64,000 nucleotides of DNA from an uncultured Planctomycetota bacterium (GCA_963719315.1 CAVRBU010000002.1:1344001-1408000); one strand, 5' to 3'. Counted from the stretch's first letter, positions 40,132 through 49,953 are shown. Program-made: numbers and translations. The notes: generated by a model from the sequence alone, not told the origin.

Positions 40132-40566
40132 CTAAGCGATCTTCCGCCGCGCAGTCGCAATCAGCCGATGCTGCACCGCATGGTCGTCGCGAGCGACAAT
40201 TTGCCTCCCAAGCCGCTCCGCTACGTGAATCACGAGTGGCGCTTTGAGATTAAGCGCCAAAAAACCGCCCGCATGGCTCACGATCGCCAGGACTTGTGCA
40301 TCCTGCGGATTCGACAGTCCCAACGGCTGAATCTCGCGCCGCGCAACGCGCACCTGGTAATCCGCCACGAATCGCCGCGGGCTGACCACGCCCAGCGCTA
40401 CTTCCGGCCGATCCAGGCTCTGCAGCCAACCCAGCGATGAATTCTGTGCATCGGCCAGTAACACCCACCGCCGGCAATCTTCCATGCCGATCAGTCCGTC
40501 CACAAATGTAAGGACGTCGGCGTCCTCGACCGAGAGGCTGCCAAAACGGGTGGTAGAGATTTTCAT
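40132..40566 (-). CDS. fliW: Flagellar assembly factor FliW
   Basis: 'TTRFG', 'FVDGLIGME', 'WLQS', 'LNLKAPLVI...GRQ'. Confidence 0.92.
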   Translation of the reverse strand: MKISTTRFGSLSVEDADVLTFVDGLIGMEDCRRWVLLADAQNSSLGWLQSLDRPEVALGVVSPRRFVADYQVRVARREIQPLGLSNPQDAQVLAIVSHAGGFLALNLKAPLVIHVAERLGRQIVARDDHAVQHRLIATARRKIA

Positions 40567-40697
40567 GGGTTTACCTGCTGCCGCTAAGCGGCGTTGCCAT
40601 CGCGCTATCCAAACTATTCGGCCAGCATCGCTACCGAATCATAGCGAATTCTGCCAGTGCAGAGCATCGAGCGTTCCATTCTGAACGACTGCGTATT

Positions 40698-43019
40698 CTA
40701 GATAAAATCTAACAGCGATAGCTGCAATATTCTGGCGGAGGTTTGCAGCGAGGCCTGCAGCGAATACTGTCGGGCCGTCAAGTTCGAAATTGCTTCCACC
40801 AGGTCCACGTCCATGTCGTCCGAAAGCGCCGACTTCAGTTGCACGTTTTCTTCCTGCAACTTCGTGCCGATTATCTCCAGGCTTTGCAGCCGAGAACCAA
40901 TATCGGATCGGGCAAAATTGACTCGGCTGATGTCTGTATCCAATCGATCGATCGACCGGCCGACTTCCTCCGCGTTGTTGTCTTCCAGCGCTTGTTTCAA
41001 GCGGATCAGCGTGTTGAACACGCTGTCCGATTCAACGGTGTGGCGATCGGTGCTCTGCAACACGTAGTTGCCATTGGCGTCGGTCACGTGCGAGCTGCTA
41101 ACCGTCTGACCCGAGGGCACGAATCCCAGATACTCTGCTGCCTGGCTCCCCTCAACGGTTTGCACGGTAAGGTCGCCGGTGGTCGCTGTACTTTGATCGA
41201 CTAGTTCGATGCCGTTGCCGGCCGTCGCCAGTTGGGCGACGACTTTGGTCGTGCCCGTATTGTTTGCCGCGTTGCCGTTAATTAGAGCGATCACGTCGTT
41301 CACGGTTCGTGCCGTCGACAAGTTGATCGCGAGCTGTGTGCCATCTCGGGCTGTAATCAGTAAATCGTTTTTTGTCGGATCCGAGGCCGTCGGCACACCC
41401 ACGCCGCGGTTGAAATCCGCCAGCTTGGACTCTGCCGTGTACGTGCGGATGCCCAACTGCGTCGCTAACTTACCGCTGTTTTCGCCGATCGATAGGTCCG
41501 CGCCGCTTAACCGCGAGCGAACATTAATACCGTCGTGCGCGGCGTTGATTTCCGCTACGACCCCCAATCCCGCGCCGTTGATCAGATTCAGCAGTCCCTC
41601 GACGGTGTCCACCGTACTGGTATCCAAGCTTACGGGCGGGCCGCCGTTGGTAATAACCAACCCTGACGCGGTGTCCAGCACTTCCCCGCCACCACCCTTC
41701 GTGATGTCAGCGAAGGTAGTTATCTGCACTGGATTCGAGCCGGCTTGATTCGACGCGGTGGCATCGTGGTAATCGACGGCCGCCGTAAACGTGCCCTCAG
41801 TCGTAATCGCCGCCGCGACCTGCGCAGCCGTAGAAAAACCAGTTTGTACATGAACGGTCAGTGTTTTGCTGCTGCTGTTGTAGTCCGCCGTTTCGGCGCC
41901 TGCCGTTCCGTCATTGGCAAACACAACATCCACATCGTTGAAATCGATGCCGTTTTGACTCGCCGTCAGCACAATGTCGTTGTTCGCGTTTACGGACTGC
42001 AGCAGGCCCTGCGCCTTCGTACCCAGTAAATTACTCAGTGGGGTGGTTTTTAAAACCGCCGAGCGAAGTAGCGTCCCGTTAATGCTAGTCGTCGGTGGGG
42101 CGTACTTCGGCGTGAGAATTCCCAATTCGCTGGCAGCACTGCCCTGGCCTACTTCGCCGACGGTGATCGTACCGCTCGTCGTGCTGATTGACAGTCCTTC
42201 GCCAGTCACTCTGGCGACAACATCCGTTCCCGACGGCGCGCCTCTTTCAATGAGCCGCGCTACGTCGCCGAGCGTAACCGCCTTGCTCAAATCGACCACG
42301 CTGGAGACCGTCGCCGTTCCCGTGTTGATCGAGATCGTGACGGCCGCATTGCGACTGATGCCGTTGCCGTCGTTAATCGTGCTCACGAGCGTATCGGGGC
42401 TCAAATGCGGATGGAGAGCAACCCCCTTCACCTGGCTTGAAATGCCGCCGAACACATCGGTGCCGGCCAGATTCGTGTCAAACAATCGCTCCACGTCGAC
42501 GTAGCTTCGCAAAACTCCTTCATTGCCGGAGTATTCCACGTTGCTGCCATTGAAATCGTACGGCTGGTCCTGCGAGCGCGACCCCGCGAACAGATAACGC
42601 CCTTGCAATTTGGCATTTCCCGTCGCCACCAGCGTCTCGAGCGCCTTGTCGATCTGCTGCACGAGCGTCTGCCGATCTGCATCGCTGCTGAGCGTGCCCG
42701 CGATTCCCACCACGTCGGACCGCAGCTTGATCAACAGGTCCGACACCGCTCCCAGGTGGGACTCAGCGGCGTTCAGGAAGTTGTTGTTCGCTTGAACATT
42801 GGTTTGAATCTGCCCTTTGCGATCCAGTAACCGCTGTAAATTGATTGCCCGCAACGCCGCCGGCGCGTCATCGCTCGGCAACTGCAGCCGCTGGCCCGTG
42901 CTGACCTGATTCTGCAGATTGAACAGCTCCAACTGGTCGCTCTGCGTTTGACCAATCAGCCGCTGCCGGACGAAATAATCGCCCACCCGCGTCGTCGGTA
43001 CTGGAATAATGTTGGTCAT
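40698..43019 (-). CDS. flgL: Flagellar hook-associated protein 3 (large)
   Basis: 'QVSTGQR...PSDDAPAA', 'GRYLFAG', C-terminal 'DVDLVEAISNL...LQLSLLDFI'. Confidence 0.93.
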   Translation of the reverse strand: MTNIIPVPTTRVGDYFVRQRLIGQTQSDQLELFNLQNQVSTGQRLQLPSDDAPAALRAINLQRLLDRKGQIQTNVQANNNFLNAAESHLGAVSDLLIKLRSDVVGIAGTLSSDADRQTLVQQIDKALETLVATGNAKLQGRYLFAGSRSQDQPYDFNGSNVEYSGNEGVLRSYVDVERLFDTNLAGTDVFGGISSQVKGVALHPHLSPDTLVSTINDGNGISRNAAVTISINTGTATVSSVVDLSKAVTLGDVARLIERGAPSGTDVVARVTGEGLSISTTSGTITVGEVGQGSAASELGILTPKYAPPTTSINGTLLRSAVLKTTPLSNLLGTKAQGLLQSVNANNDIVLTASQNGIDFNDVDVVFANDGTAGAETADYNSSSKTLTVHVQTGFSTAAQVAAAITTEGTFTAAVDYHDATASNQAGSNPVQITTFADITKGGGGEVLDTASGLVITNGGPPVSLDTSTVDTVEGLLNLINGAGLGVVAEINAAHDGINVRSRLSGADLSIGENSGKLATQLGIRTYTAESKLADFNRGVGVPTASDPTKNDLLITARDGTQLAINLSTARTVNDVIALINGNAANNTGTTKVVAQLATAGNGIELVDQSTATTGDLTVQTVEGSQAAEYLGFVPSGQTVSSSHVTDANGNYVLQSTDRHTVESDSVFNTLIRLKQALEDNNAEEVGRSIDRLDTDISRVNFARSDIGSRLQSLEIIGTKLQEENVQLKSALSDDMDVDLVEAISNLTARQYSLQASLQTSARILQLSLLDFI

Positions 43020-43029
43020 CGCATTTTTT

Positions 43030-43089
43030 GTAGGGAAGGCACTCCCCACCAATATCCGCTCGAATCACGGTGGGCATTGTCCACCCTAC
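43030..43089. repeat. GTAG-type REP doublet (REPIN-like) between flgK and flgL
   Basis: GTAGGGAAGGCACTCCCCACC-N18-GGTGGGCATTGTCCACCCTAC. Confidence 0.8.
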
Positions 43090-43111
43090 CACCACTCCAC
43101 GGGTCCTCTTG

Positions 43112-44818
43112 CTACAGCTTCACCAACATATCCAGCAAGTCGGAAATCGTCTGAATGTACTTCGCCGACGCCTGGTAAATTCGCTGTAACGTCAACATCT
43201 TCACCGCTTCCTCGTCGATGCTAACACCGCTCACCGCCTGCTGCTGGCCTTCCAGCGAGCCTTCGAACGTGCGATACCCGTCGGCCACCGATTTCGACAC
43301 GGCCGATCCCTGCGTGATCTGGTTGATCAGTTGGTTGTACAAGTCGGTAAGCGACACACCGCCGGCCGAATCGATCGGTTGATCCAAAAACGCCGATAGC
43401 CTTTCCGCATTTCGCGAGTCTTCGCCGATTCCGCCCAAGCTCGCGGCGAACTTGCCAGCGTTGGCGATGCCCTTCAGCTCGTCGTTCACGCCGAGTGTCC
43501 CGGCCGTCGATCCGGTGAAGAAGGTATTTAGCCCGAGTGCCGCAAGCACGCCGCTCGTATCGCCCGAGAAAGCGAACTCAATATCTGTCGAGTCGGACTT
43601 GATTTGAAGCTGACCGCTCGACGTTAAGCTCGCCGAAATACCGTCCACCGCGTCAAGCTGCTGCGTCAAACTGGTCGGCGTCGTATCCTCATTCAACCCG
43701 TTGAGGTCGATGTGGATCGTTTGCGTCCGAGTCAGATTGTCCTCTTTGCTGTGAATCAATAGGTCGAATGTGCCGCTCTCCGGCGTGAAAGCCAGACCGG
43801 CCGCGTCGAGTGCGGCGCTCGCGTTGGTGACTCCGCTCTTGCTCGTTAGCTGATCGAAACCAACGAGTCCCTGGCCCTGCGAATACAACTTGTTGAATTC
43901 GAACGCGAGCGTGCCGGCCAGTTCGTCCAGTTTGTCGATGAATCCGCCGGCAATTTGATCGCGGGCATCATACAATCCTCTTAACTCGCCAGTACCCGTA
44001 TCAATCGGTGAGTGCGTACCAACGAACTGGATGGTGCTAGCGTTTGAGCCGTTCCCGCCTTGTGGATTGAGCTCAACCTCGCGTCGCTGGCCTTCGAATA
44101 CGAGAAACTCGCCGCCCACGGAAATATTCAATCCACCGCTGGGCTGCTCATTGACATAGATGCCAAGGATCTCCGAGAGCCGATCCACTGCCGCTTGCCG
44201 TTGGACGCGCAGGCCGCCCGCTTCGCTCGCGGATGAATTTCCCCCTTCACTCGATGCAATCTTGATGTTCAGCGTGCGAACTTGCTCGGTCAGATTGTTG
44301 ATTTCGTCCGTTAATGCGGTGACGCGCTGGTCGAGTCGCTGCTGCACATCCGCCACACCGTTGTGCAGGTTGTTGATGTCCTCGGTGAGCGCGACACCCT
44401 TTCCAACCGCCAGATTCCGCGTTCCCGCATTGCCTGGATCCTTGAGAATTTCGTCGACTGAGTTGAAGAAGCCAGTCAGCGAGCTGCTCAGGTCGGAGGT
44501 GTCCGACAGCTCGTTGAGCAGCGTTTCCAAGTCGCGGTAAACCTTCTCCTGCACCTCCGCATTTGCGCGGTCGCCGTGCGCACTGACCAATCGCTCCTGC
44601 ACGAACTTGTCGATTTTCTGAATGATGCTGTCGACTGCGACACCCAGGCCAAGAATCAAATGTCCTTGCTTCTGGACACCGGCCGGAACGTACACGGCCT
44701 CTTGCCGCACATAGCCGGGCGTATTGGCGTTGGCAATGTTGTCGCCCACCACTTGCAGACCGATTTGCATCGCCTGCAGCGTGTTGCCGCCCATCTGAAT
44801 GGAGCCGAAAAGACTCAT
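43112..44818 (-). CDS. flgK: Flagellar hook-associated protein 1
   Basis: 'NIANANTPGYVRQ', 'SGVSIDEEAVKML..QRIYQASAK'. Confidence 0.96.
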   Translation of the reverse strand: MSLFGSIQMGGNTLQAMQIGLQVVGDNIANANTPGYVRQEAVYVPAGVQKQGHLILGLGVAVDSIIQKIDKFVQERLVSAHGDRANAEVQEKVYRDLETLLNELSDTSDLSSSLTGFFNSVDEILKDPGNAGTRNLAVGKGVALTEDINNLHNGVADVQQRLDQRVTALTDEINNLTEQVRTLNIKIASSEGGNSSASEAGGLRVQRQAAVDRLSEILGIYVNEQPSGGLNISVGGEFLVFEGQRREVELNPQGGNGSNASTIQFVGTHSPIDTGTGELRGLYDARDQIAGGFIDKLDELAGTLAFEFNKLYSQGQGLVGFDQLTSKSGVTNASAALDAAGLAFTPESGTFDLLIHSKEDNLTRTQTIHIDLNGLNEDTTPTSLTQQLDAVDGISASLTSSGQLQIKSDSTDIEFAFSGDTSGVLAALGLNTFFTGSTAGTLGVNDELKGIANAGKFAASLGGIGEDSRNAERLSAFLDQPIDSAGGVSLTDLYNQLINQITQGSAVSKSVADGYRTFEGSLEGQQQAVSGVSIDEEAVKMLTLQRIYQASAKYIQTISDLLDMLVKL

Positions 44819-44834
44819 GCGCCACCGGAGAGAA

Positions 44835-44925
44835 GAGTGGAGCAGTGGAGTAGCGGAGTGGTGGAGTGGAAGAGTCGCCGAAGCCGCGGCTTCGAACTAC
44901 TCCTCTAGTCCTCGACTCCTCTACT
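44835..44925. repeat. Palindromic element of 8-mer units (GGAGTAGY / CTACTCCT) with a central perfect hairpin
   Basis: GAGTGGAGCAGTGGAGTAGCGGAGTGGTGGAGTGG ... CGAAGCCGCGGCTTCG ... CTACTCCTCTAGTCCTCGACTCCTCTACT. Confidence 0.75.
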
Positions 44926-44932
44926 GTAGCCC

Positions 44933-45439
44933 CTACGCGGCCCGATCGACCAACGCGCCACTTGCCGCGCGGTCCGAGCCCTTACCATATGTCGGCTTCG
45001 GCCGCCCACCGGTAGCAATAATCTCGATCAACTGCGAAAGATGTAGCAGCGACCGTTGCACTAGCACCCAGTTCGCAAGACTCTGGTGCTGCAGAAGTTG
45101 CGTTCGCCCCGCCGCCTCGCGAATGCTGGCTTGAACGCGATCGCGACTCGCCAGTGGTAGCTTTTCACTGAGCGATTGGATGCTATCGGCCGGCAACCCA
45201 TCCTCGTTTGCCCGCGCCAACAACTGCTGGCGCCGCTCGTGACATGCTTGCAGTCGATCAGCCAATTCCTGCTCACGTCCCGCCATCGCCGACAGCGACG
45301 CATGATCCCCAGCCACAAGCAGTTGCCGCTTCTCACTCAGCGTGCCCAGCAGCGCCGTCTGCACTTCAGCCAGCTCGCCGATCAGCTCGCCGATTTCACC
45401 TTCCCAGTTGTCATCCATAGTAGCAGGCATGCTCCGCAT
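44933..45439 (-). CDS. flgN: Flagellar export chaperone FlgN
   Basis: Helical protein directly before flgK, ending 'TYGKG...SGALVDRAA'. Confidence 0.8.
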   Translation of the reverse strand: MRSMPATMDDNWEGEIGELIGELAEVQTALLGTLSEKRQLLVAGDHASLSAMAGREQELADRLQACHERRQQLLARANEDGLPADSIQSLSEKLPLASRDRVQASIREAAGRTQLLQHQSLANWVLVQRSLLHLSQLIEIIATGGRPKPTYGKGSDRAASGALVDRAA

Positions 45440-45459
45440 GCCGTCGCCTTCCCTGTTTC

Positions 45460-45894
45460 TTATCGCCGCGGCAACTGCGCCAGTTGCCCCAAATCATTCG
45501 ACGCCCGATCGGCATTCGCCAACGAAGGAAACTGCCGCTCGAACATCGGCTCCGCGAATTTCGAAGCCGTCGTCTTCGTCAATTGCTCGGTCAATGTCTG
45601 ATCGAGTTGGCCCTGAAACGCTTCCTCAGCCCGTCCGCCGTAAAAATACGCTGGTTTGCCGACCGTCGACCGCATCGCCTTGAACATCTGACCATAAAAA
45701 GCTTCGCCGACAAACTGCGTAAATTTTTCCTTAACCTCTTCCTTACTGTGTCTTTTGCGCTGTAAGGATATGATGCCCGAATCGCCGTTCTCTCGACCTT
45801 TCAAAGCAGTCGGCACCGCAACGGAATTGCCGCCCAACGCCATCGCCGCCGGCGACTGAAACATTGCTGCCACATTGTGATTGATTGAAGGCAT
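45460..45894 (-). CDS. flgJ: FlgJ-like rod-binding protein (no muramidase domain)
   Basis: 'FVGEAFYGQMFKAMRSTV...GGRAEEAFQGQLDQ'; follows flgI. Confidence 0.8.
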   Translation of the reverse strand: MPSINHNVAAMFQSPAAMALGGNSVAVPTALKGRENGDSGIISLQRKRHSKEEVKEKFTQFVGEAFYGQMFKAMRSTVGKPAYFYGGRAEEAFQGQLDQTLTEQLTKTTASKFAEPMFERQFPSLANADRASNDLGQLAQLPRR

Positions 45895-46016
45895 AGAAGT
45901 CGTAAGGTGTAAGGTATGAGTCGCAATGCGTGGAGGTTAGTCGAGGGTATGACGTTGGGAGCCGGCTCTTTCTACTTCCCCCATACAACTTACCCTCTAA
46001 ACCTTTCCCTTTACCC

Positions 46017-47078
46017 CTAATCAATAATCAACCGCCCATGCAATTTTCCATTCCGCTCGATCCCGCGAATGATCTCGATCATGTCCGCCGTGGGCACCTT
46101 CAACTGATTGAGCTGATCGACTAAGGCTTGCAACTTGGGCTTGCTGGAGTCATCCACGTCGATCGGAGTAAATGAGGGCGCCGGCGTGGAATCCACCACT
46201 ACGTTCTTGTGCGAAACGATCACGTCGCCGATCTCCACGTCGCCGCTGATCACGATCGTGCCGGCTCGCGAATTGATCACCACCCGCGATTCCGTCTGGG
46301 GATCTTCAATCCTCGTCTCCAACAGGTCCGACGCAAACGCCACCGGGTCGCGCATGAATACTTCAGGAATCTTCACGACGATGTTCGAGGCGTCGATCGC
46401 GCGCACCATTTCGTCAGCCTGCTTGGCATCGCCCGATTCGGAATATGCCAGTTGCTCGCGAAGCCGGTACACGATCTCGTTCGCCGTCTGAAAATCGGCG
46501 TGGTTCTTGTCCAAAATCAACGTCATGTAACCGTCGCGATAAAACGGCGTGAAGAGATCGGCCTCGAGCTGGCAGCCTGCGGATACAAAGCCCACCATCG
46601 GTTGCGCCGGATTATCGATCGTCACCTGCCCTTGGCACAACGCATACACCCGGTGGTCTTGCGTATTCGGGCCCTGCAACGCCGCGAAGGCCAGCCGGCC
46701 GCCTTCCAAGCTCTTGCCGTTCAAAGCGCTGAGATAACAATCTAAGTGGTCGCCGCGTCGTGCGCCTGTCGCCGGCACCGTTGCCGTCACCATCACCATG
46801 GCGGCGTTTTTGATTTTCTTCAGTTCGTCGAAACTAGACTTTTGTCCGTCCGTAGCAACCGGATTGCCCATGACTTGCATGGCTTGAGCGATGGCCCGCA
46901 TCGTCGTCGCGTCGTTCACTTCGCCCGTGCCATTGAGCCCCAACACAAGACCCCAGCCGCGGAGCGTGTTTTCTTCCTGCCCTTTCACGCGGCAAATATT
47001 CTTCAGCCGCGTGCTGGCCGAAACCGGGACAGTCGCGATTAACGCCAGGCTCACTGCTGTCAGCAACACTTTATGCAT
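46017..47078 (-). CDS. flgI: Flagellar P-ring protein
   Basis: 'RLKNI...ENTLRGWGLVLGLNGTG', 'KNAAMVMVTA', 'KSLEGG', 'VVINSRAGTIV'. Confidence 0.95.
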   Translation of the reverse strand: MHKVLLTAVSLALIATVPVSASTRLKNICRVKGQEENTLRGWGLVLGLNGTGEVNDATTMRAIAQAMQVMGNPVATDGQKSSFDELKKIKNAAMVMVTATVPATGARRGDHLDCYLSALNGKSLEGGRLAFAALQGPNTQDHRVYALCQGQVTIDNPAQPMVGFVSAGCQLEADLFTPFYRDGYMTLILDKNHADFQTANEIVYRLREQLAYSESGDAKQADEMVRAIDASNIVVKIPEVFMRDPVAFASDLLETRIEDPQTESRVVINSRAGTIVISGDVEIGDVIVSHKNVVVDSTPAPSFTPIDVDDSSKPKLQALVDQLNQLKVPTADMIEIIRGIERNGKLHGRLIID

Positions 47079-47126
47079 GTTCTTGCTCCGCACTCGCCAC
47101 TCGCAACTCAACCCTCGACCCTCGAC

Positions 47127-47854
47127 CTAGAATGGCTTCCAGCAGTCGTACCACTTCGTAAACCAACCCCGTTCGATGCCGTCCTTGACAAAGCCCTTCT
47201 TGCGAATCAGGATTCGCCGCTCGGCGACGTCGTCGCTTCGCACGGTGCGATCGGGTCCAATCGATTGGCGACGAACGATCCCGGACACGGACTGCTCCCA
47301 GACTTCGTCATCGTGCTGCACTTCGCTGTGACCTTCGATCACGAGGTTGCCGTTTGGCTGAATATCAACGACCTTCGCCGCAATCCGGAACGTCAACGCG
47401 TCCTTCGCGGAAATGTCGGCCTCTGTCTTGTACTGGCTGTCGAGTTGACCCTTGATTCGCGGATCGCCGTTATTGAACGGCGCCGGCGTAAGATTCTTAC
47501 CGTCAAACTTCAGCCAATCGGAAAGCACCGCATTGAAGTTATTATTTCGCTTGCTCTTGGCATCGCCCTCGCTCAGCATGCTCGATCGGTAATCGACGAG
47601 CACCGTTATGATATCTTGCAGCTGCAACTCTCGCTGCTCCGCCTCCGGCGGCAGCCGGCGATAAATGAACGAGCTATTCTCCAGCGTGAGCGGCGCCTTC
47701 TGCTGTGGCCCCGCCGGTGGAACCAACAGCAAACTCGCATCCTGGCGCGAGCACGTTGATTCGCTCCACCAAACAAAACTACGACGACGCAAAGAACACG
47801 AAGAGCACACACTTTCGCCAACCGATACCAATCTGAAGAATTTTGTTGATCCAT
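47127..47854 (-). CDS. flgH: Flagellar L-ring protein; the signal peptide is in another frame (frameshift near 47745)
   Basis: 'DIITVLV', 'IAAKVVDIQPNGNLVIEG', 'SGIVRRQSI...S.DVA', 'GWFTK'. The start MDQQ...LRVLCVVVVLFGGANQRARA joins QDASLL if one C is restored. Confidence 0.88.
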
Positions 47855-47905
47855 ATTCCAGGCCATTCATTTATCGTTCGCCGTAATCGTCGTGCCGTCG
47901 TAGTT
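47777..47905. repeat. Palindromic CACGAAG/TACGACG-type element spanning the flgA stop and the flgH signal-peptide codons
   Basis: AACTACGACGACGCAAAGAACACGAAG ... TCGTCGTGCCGTCGTAGTT. Confidence 0.65.
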
Positions 47906-49083
47906 ACTTAGGCGGGCTGAACGGCCGCCGCGCGGATTGAACGCGTTCCGGTTTTTGCGGCGTGCTCGCTCGCGCCGGCGCGAACACCGACGCTTGCCGC
48001 ATCCCCACCACACGGGCATCGTAGCGTTCTTTCGATTCCAGCGATTCCACTTGGATCAAATCCCCTGTCGCTCCATCCTGCAACGCACGGGCACTCGTGC
48101 GCACCCGAATACCGCCGCTCTGCGACCCGACGGTGATCAGATCGCCGCGCTTCACCACGATCGGCGACTGCACTTCGTCCGCAAACACGATTTCGCCGAC
48201 TTGCAGCGGCTGACGTGCTTCCTTGCCGATGATGTTTCCCATAGTGTCGATGATCGCCCGCTGGCCGGTCGTCTTGGCGGTTGGATCGATCATCCGTAAT
48301 TCCACATCCGCGGCCGTGACCACGCTGCCGCGCGCGACCGTTCGCGTCGCCACGACGGCCGGCATCGCCGGTGCCGGTACGTCGGCGTTTACCGGCAACT
48401 GGACCGCGCCATTGGGCGTCGTGAACGACAGCGTAAACTTCTGCCGCCCCGTCCAGGGCTCACTGCCGCCATTACAAGTCGGCGCCGCAGTGGCCGTCGC
48501 CAATTGTGCGAGTTGCCGGTCGGACATATTCAACTCGATCTGTCCCACCGCGGCCTTACCAGTTTTTGACTTCACATAGTCGCCGATGATCTGGCTCACG
48601 AAACCCTTTAAAGCCTCGGCCTGCGCATCGTCGATCTGCTTCGTCTCGGCAGTCTGCACCGTTTCGCCTGCCAAAATAGCTTCACGACGATTGAGCGAAA
48701 TGTTGCTCTCCGCCGGCATCGGTTCATTGAACGCAGTTTGCCGCACTTTGTTCGGTGCCGTAACCGCGACGCGCTGCGCCGTCGAACCGGAGATCGTCCA
48801 TCTTCACGCCATTAGCGGCCAGCATGTCGGCAATTTCCTGCTTCCGCAAAAATCGCTCGGTCTCCGGCGCTGGCGCGGGCATCAATGGCACCGCCGCTAA
48901 CTGCCGCGCCAACTGCCGATCGGCTACCACGATTTCAGCTACATCGCCCAACCGCACCACCGACGACTTTGGCGCCACCCGCTCGCGCAGCTTGACTTCA
49001 ACCTTCGCCGCGCTTGCCGCGACCGAGCTCACAACCACGAGCATCGCCACCAAAAATCTCACACTATTTTGATTCGCGCCCAT
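47904..49083 (-). CDS. flgA: Flagellar P-ring formation chaperone FlgA, frameshifted near 48775 as sequenced
   Basis: N-terminal ORF has a signal peptide and 'VVRLGDVAEI'. C-terminal ORF has SAF-type 'VVATRTVARGSVVTAADV', 'VKRGDLITV', 'ALQDGATGDLIQV'. Confidence 0.88.
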
Positions 49084-49149
49084 CCAAGTCACACCCGATT
49101 CCCAACTTTCCTTAGTGCCCTTCGTGCCTTCGTGGTTACCTCCTAGCGG

Positions 49150-49953
49150 CTAAGCCCGCCTGAGATTCGCCACGATTTGCATGATCTGGTCGCCGGCCTG
49201 CACGACCTGCGAATTCAACTCGAACGACCGCTGCGTCGTGATCAAATCGATCAGTTCATTCACGGGTTCCACGTTCGACGCCTCCAAGAATCCTTGCCGA
49301 ATATTGCCGAATCCATCTTGCCCGGGGTTGCCGGTCGTCTCGTTGCCCGAAGCGTCGGTCTTCTGGAATAGGTTGTCGCCCAGTTTCAGTAACCCGTCGG
49401 GGTTCACGAACTTAGCGAGCTGAATTTGGCCGAGCGAATTGAGTGTGGTGGAACTTTGCGTGCTGTATTGAATCTGCCCGTCGGCCGAGACCACGATGCC
49501 GGTCGCCTCGGGCGGCACCGTAATTGCCGGGTCCAACACGTAACCATTGTTGGCCGAGCCCAGCACCAACTGTCCATCCGCGTTGATGTTGAAATTGCCG
49601 GCCCGCGTGTAGTAGTTGTCGCCGTTCGGGTTTTTCACCTGAAAGAACCCGTCCCCTTCGACGGCAAAATCGAGAGGATTGTTCGTCGTTTCGAATGCCC
49701 CTTGCTTGAAGTTCGATTGGGTGCTCGACACCCGCGTGCCCAATCCGACTTCAATGCCGGTCGCCGTCTTCGTGCCGTCCGAATCCTCGGCACCGGGCAG
49801 CCGGTACTGGCGATAAAAAATATCCTCGAAGTTTGCCCGGTCCTTCTTGAAGGCAGTCGTGTTGATGTTTGCCATATTATTGGCAATCACATCCAACTTC
49901 GTCTCCAAGGCTTCCATGCCTGTCGCGGCCGTGTAAAGCGTTTGAACTGTCAT
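49150..49953 (-). CDS. flgG: Flagellar distal basal-body rod protein
   Basis: 'LYTAATGM...NNMANINTTAFKKDRANFEDIFY', 'VGLGTR', 'YTRAGNF', 'GFLEASNV...QRSFELNS'. Confidence 0.95.
   Translation of the reverse strand: MTVQTLYTAATGMEALETKLDVIANNMANINTTAFKKDRANFEDIFYRQYRLPGAEDSDGTKTATGIEVGLGTRVSSTQSNFKQGAFETTNNPLDFAVEGDGFFQVKNPNGDNYYTRAGNFNINADGQLVLGSANNGYVLDPAITVPPEATGIVVSADGQIQYSTQSSTTLNSLGQIQLAKFVNPDGLLKLGDNLFQKTDASGNETTGNPGQDGFGNIRQGFLEASNVEPVNELIDLITTQRSFELNSQVVQAGDQIMQIVANLRRA

Noticed and set aside
40613..40645. Sigma28-like GCCGAATA upstream of fliW
   Set aside because: The -10 is plausible but there is no convincing -35; not supportable alone.
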